Below are positions 32,571 to 36,120 of a DNA stretch of 36,120 nt, one piece after another. The DNA is from Diploschistes diacapsis (Eukaryota). The notes beneath the pieces are model-generated. The model had not been told where the DNA came from. It saw only the letters and a program-made list of their open reading frames with translations, and made no database searches. The DNA is taken from the NCBI GenBank assembly GCA_023645945.1, contig JALAIB010000069.1, forward strand, positions 1 to 36,120, given 5' to 3'. Position 1 is the stretch's first letter. Each line of letters begins with the position of its first letter. Both the position numbers and the translations under genes were made by a program.

Positions 32571-35500
32571 CACCTAAGGGCTTTCGTTCGCTATAGGGTA
32601 GAGCAAGAGCTTGTAGCACCCAGCCTGACATTTCTGGCTGCAGCGTAGAAAGTATCTCTCCAGTAGGATAAGCCTCTCGACCGCTAAAGAAAGTTTCCTG
32701 GAATGCGCTCTATCATCTTTGGATTATAACTGTTGACTATTGCTCAGAACTTTTTGCCTTTATGCTAAATCGGCCCTAACAGAACGCGCATATTGGGCGA
32801 TGATGGTCTTCCCCTGGAATACTTCTTGTTGTAGCTCGATTGTTGATGGATTATGGGCTGACCCATTTTGCGGCAGCTGATAGCGCAACTACCGTTGGGG
32901 AGACAAGGTAATAACTGTCCCTCAGCTCTTCCGTTACCGGCTCCCTCTTCAAGGTGCTGATATATTCGCAAGATCATTTTATAAGTACGGACATTCATGT
33001 CCATCTCCTTCCCAAACAATTTGCGAAAGCAAACTGTTTTCGGATTAGGCAGTCAACTTGAAGCTTCCCGGTCGGTAAGTGACTCGGCCATTTACGAGGC
33101 GGAATTTCTTAGAATGAATTTGGAAAAGTAGATGTCATCTAACAAACTTCGCCTAGTTCAGATAAAGTCGCTCGAGCGAACGGTTCGCCTCGCACGAGAT
33201 CCTGCTAAGGGTAGACTTGTATCTGAAGCTGTGCATCGTATGTATTGCAGTCCCGGTGTTGGTATATTGCTGGACTGGTCCAGTTCAGTCACTGACCCTG
33301 ACTAGTTCTTTCGGATGATTACGTCTGATATCGAAACTGGTCTTACAATTTTTTTTGTCATTGAAACACTAAGATCAGATCAGGTGAGCCAGTCCTTTCG
33401 CAATCCCTTTCTTGGGCACTTTCGGCGACTCGATCTAGGCTTCTGGAAATCTTGACTTCCCTATTACTCACTCGAGGGTTCAGTCGTACGTCCTGATGTT
33501 TTATGTCATAGAGAGCGTCTAATGCCCAGCGATACTGTCCGGGGTTTATTATTACACCAAAGCGCGAGATTTTAAGAAATATACATCTCTTGGTGTAAGA
33601 TTGTTTCGGTAGCGCCTTCCGCAAATTTGGGCTCCCTCGGGCCTAATGTAGAGAATCTGAAGATTCATCCTATCCAACTTGACACTTTCCACTCCTATTG
33701 TAGAGATCTCGATTATTAAAAGCACTGTAATCATACCGCATCTGAAAGGAACTACTCACTAAATCTCAAGTCTATTTGCGTTTCACAGTTGAAGCTTATA
33801 CTGTGGGAGTCCTGGAGCGACACTTCATGATCTGAAGGATTGGTGTCTAGTTTGCAAGGATTCCACATGGATAACAGTAGATTCCTCCTATAGGTACTTG
33901 AACTTCATTATCTAGTCTTGTTCGTCCTCGGTTCATATACCACAGACATGTAGTTTATCGGGTTCAGAAATCAGTCAAGCATTTGTTTGACCCAACGCTG
34001 TCTATATGACTCCAAAGGCAAACTTCCATCCGGAATTGTTTGAGTGAATTTGCTGACAAGTGCAGTATTTGAGAAAAGATAGGGCGTTACGTTCCCCAAT
34101 GAACTAGCCATGGAATAAAGGCGCCTAAGTTGCGTAGGGGTTGCCTGCAACTCTGCAGATTAGAGAAATTATGAAGAAACAACCGTATCATGCTCAAGCC
34201 ATAGCCCATGGAAAACCTCAACCATTGTTTCATTACAAATTATATCATACCTAACAGCGTCTTTTGCATAAATATGAAAGTGGCTTGAAAGTTAGATTTA
34301 TTAGTGCCTTCCATTGTCAACGTTGGTTCTGTTGGTTTGATCGAGAGACGAGCCACAGCTTCCTACCCGGAGCCTAAATTGGATGAGAACTTGTCAGGCG
34401 AAGAAAGTAATGTTAAGGAAGCAGAGTAAATCAGTATAAGTTCCAAATGAAGTAGATTTGTTCTCTTTAGTTGCAATTACCCTTCTTGTCGTATGGGCTC
34501 TGTCTAAGATGGAAGTATTGTTTTTGGTGACAGCCGTTATCGCTTCAGGCCTTAGATACTAGAAATACGAGGATAAGGTACATATCCAAAACCATATATA
34601 TAGATATTATACTCCACACCTTGCTGAATCTCAAAATCGGTTATGAGGAAGGTGCCTCGGAAGTGTATACGCGGTATTGTACTCGCTCACAGCGGTGGGA
34701 TATGAACCAGCCAGTTTCAGTGAAAAATTTGAATGAGATTAACAATGCGTAATTTCCCAACCTTTGAGTGGCCAGAGCTTAACAGTGATAACACTTCTTG
34801 TTTAAGGGTTTGGTCTCCTTTTCCTGTTTTAGAAAACGATATCTCGATGGAAGTAATGATTGACCTTGCAACCTTATTCCGAGATGTTTGTTGAAACCGA
34901 GAAGTGTGAATAGCTCTATTGTACAAGAGCACAACGCGGCCCCAGAGCACGAAACAAAGAGACAGGAAGCTATTGACCACATGATGAAAAAGAGCCAAAA
35001 ACTCAGCACTTTGCACCTAGTCAAAAGCTGGTTGAACCAAAATTAATTCTTCCGCCTTCTAGTCAGATCAGAACGATGGTTTGTTGTCTCATCTTCGCAG
35101 GTTGGGTTTGACTGATTATCCATCAGTTCTAACGGTATCATGAAACCATTATGATGTATGAAACCGCTTGTAGGAATTCTGTTCTGTCTATCCTGTGGAT
35201 CATCCACGCCAATTAAACAGCCCCTATGGAAAACTGATAATATGAGAAAACCTAGATTACTCCTTAAGTTTCTTGTATAATCCTATTAACAGTTGTCAAG
35301 GTGCGTCTAATATGCGTTTTCTTTCCATGAACTTTCTTGACCTTTCATGAGCTTAAATATCGACTAGAGAAGTGTGAGAAGATGCTTCAGACCAGATCAG
35401 CAACCGAATAAGTGTCTCCACTTGGTTGCCCAGACCTCATCTGATTTTTGTCGAAATCCGAAACCTGTCCGCTATTCCTCCCAGCTTCTTTTTGTATTGT

Positions 35501-35744
35501 TCAGCTAAGATAAGGTTCTTACTATCTTCTATCGAGACGTTTGTCTTAAATCTGGATCCGCCTAAACCCTACCTGCGTCTTTGGATATATCGACAGCAAA
35601 GCCTCCATTAAGTACTCAAGATGATTTTGCTTAACTCCTAGAGGTTGTATGCAGAGGCAAATTGAAGGATGAATGAGTATCATCCCACATATTTATGGCT
35701 CTTATCTTTCATTAAGATCCGAGGCTCGAAACCCACATTCTTAC

Positions 35745-36120
35745 AATGATAATCGATTATACGTACGACGAGCTAAAAAGTATTTTAAAATAAAAATAAC
35801 AACGGTTGTTACGATAAAAAGCGTTGATATCAAAAGATGGTTTAAGTTTAGTAAAGAAAAGACAAAATATTATTTATTCGTTTAATTAAAACGATATAAC
35901 GGAAAAAATAGTGAATACTTCCCTTACGAAACGAAGACGTAAGAAGAACGTTAAAATAGATCGAATAAAGTTTAATATAGATCTATCGACACGAATAGTT
36001 TCGTAATAAATGAACGTACTTATGAAGTTAGGTAACGATCAATGGAACGTTAGCGACGCCGTTAAATAACTCGATTTGATTATATAATCTAAAGAAATAG
36101 AATTTAGAATAAAAATAAAT
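35745..36120. repeat. AT-rich RIP-like degenerate tract, probably the edge of a mutated repeat or transposon; runs off the window
   Basis: Abrupt fall in GC with abundant TpA. Hand count for 35761-36120 gives about 39 C, of which about 24 are in CpG and about 5 in CpA. No transposon protein motif is recognisable. Confidence 0.6.

Noticed and set aside
1..36120. tRNA, rRNA, CRISPR arrays, intact transposons or LTR/TIR pairs
   Set aside because: None seen by eye. The only rRNA-like match is the 14-nt snoRNA guide. A tRNAscan-SE, Rfam and repeat search would be needed to exclude weak cases.

Overview
Eukaryotic nuclear DNA from a filamentous ascomycete (Pezizomycotina-type short GT-AG introns with CTRAC/CTRAT branch points). 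I reconstructed 12 apparently intact genes by hand: mitochondrial citrate carrier (CTP1), mitoribosomal uS17m, SSH4-type SPRY adaptor, PIS1, a secreted S10 serine carboxypeptidase, a YwbE-RGG-CUE protein, a divergent glutathione-synthetase-like ligase, Rab escort protein MRS6, a 75-aa four-exon complex I subunit (NDUFB4/B15) missed by the ORF track, a GTT1-type GST, a YLR108C-like BTB protein and a zinc MDR alcohol dehydrogenase. A stop-free 174-nt MRS6 intron hosts a box C/D snoRNA matching snR62/SNORD34. At least four disrupted genes lie between the intact ones (membrane propeller-like, an unnamed fungal family, tandem ZZ fingers, arrestin-fold). The last ~6 kb is gene-poor and ends in an AT-rich, CpG-sparing RIP-like tract. 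The best novelty candidates are (1) the glutathione synthetase paralogue, which keeps its ATP/metal residues but has both substrate pockets rewritten and sits head-to-head with the YwbE-RGG-CUE gene, and (2) recurrent orientation-independent C-rich to G-rich skew switches. All family calls come from motif recognition from memory; no searches were run.
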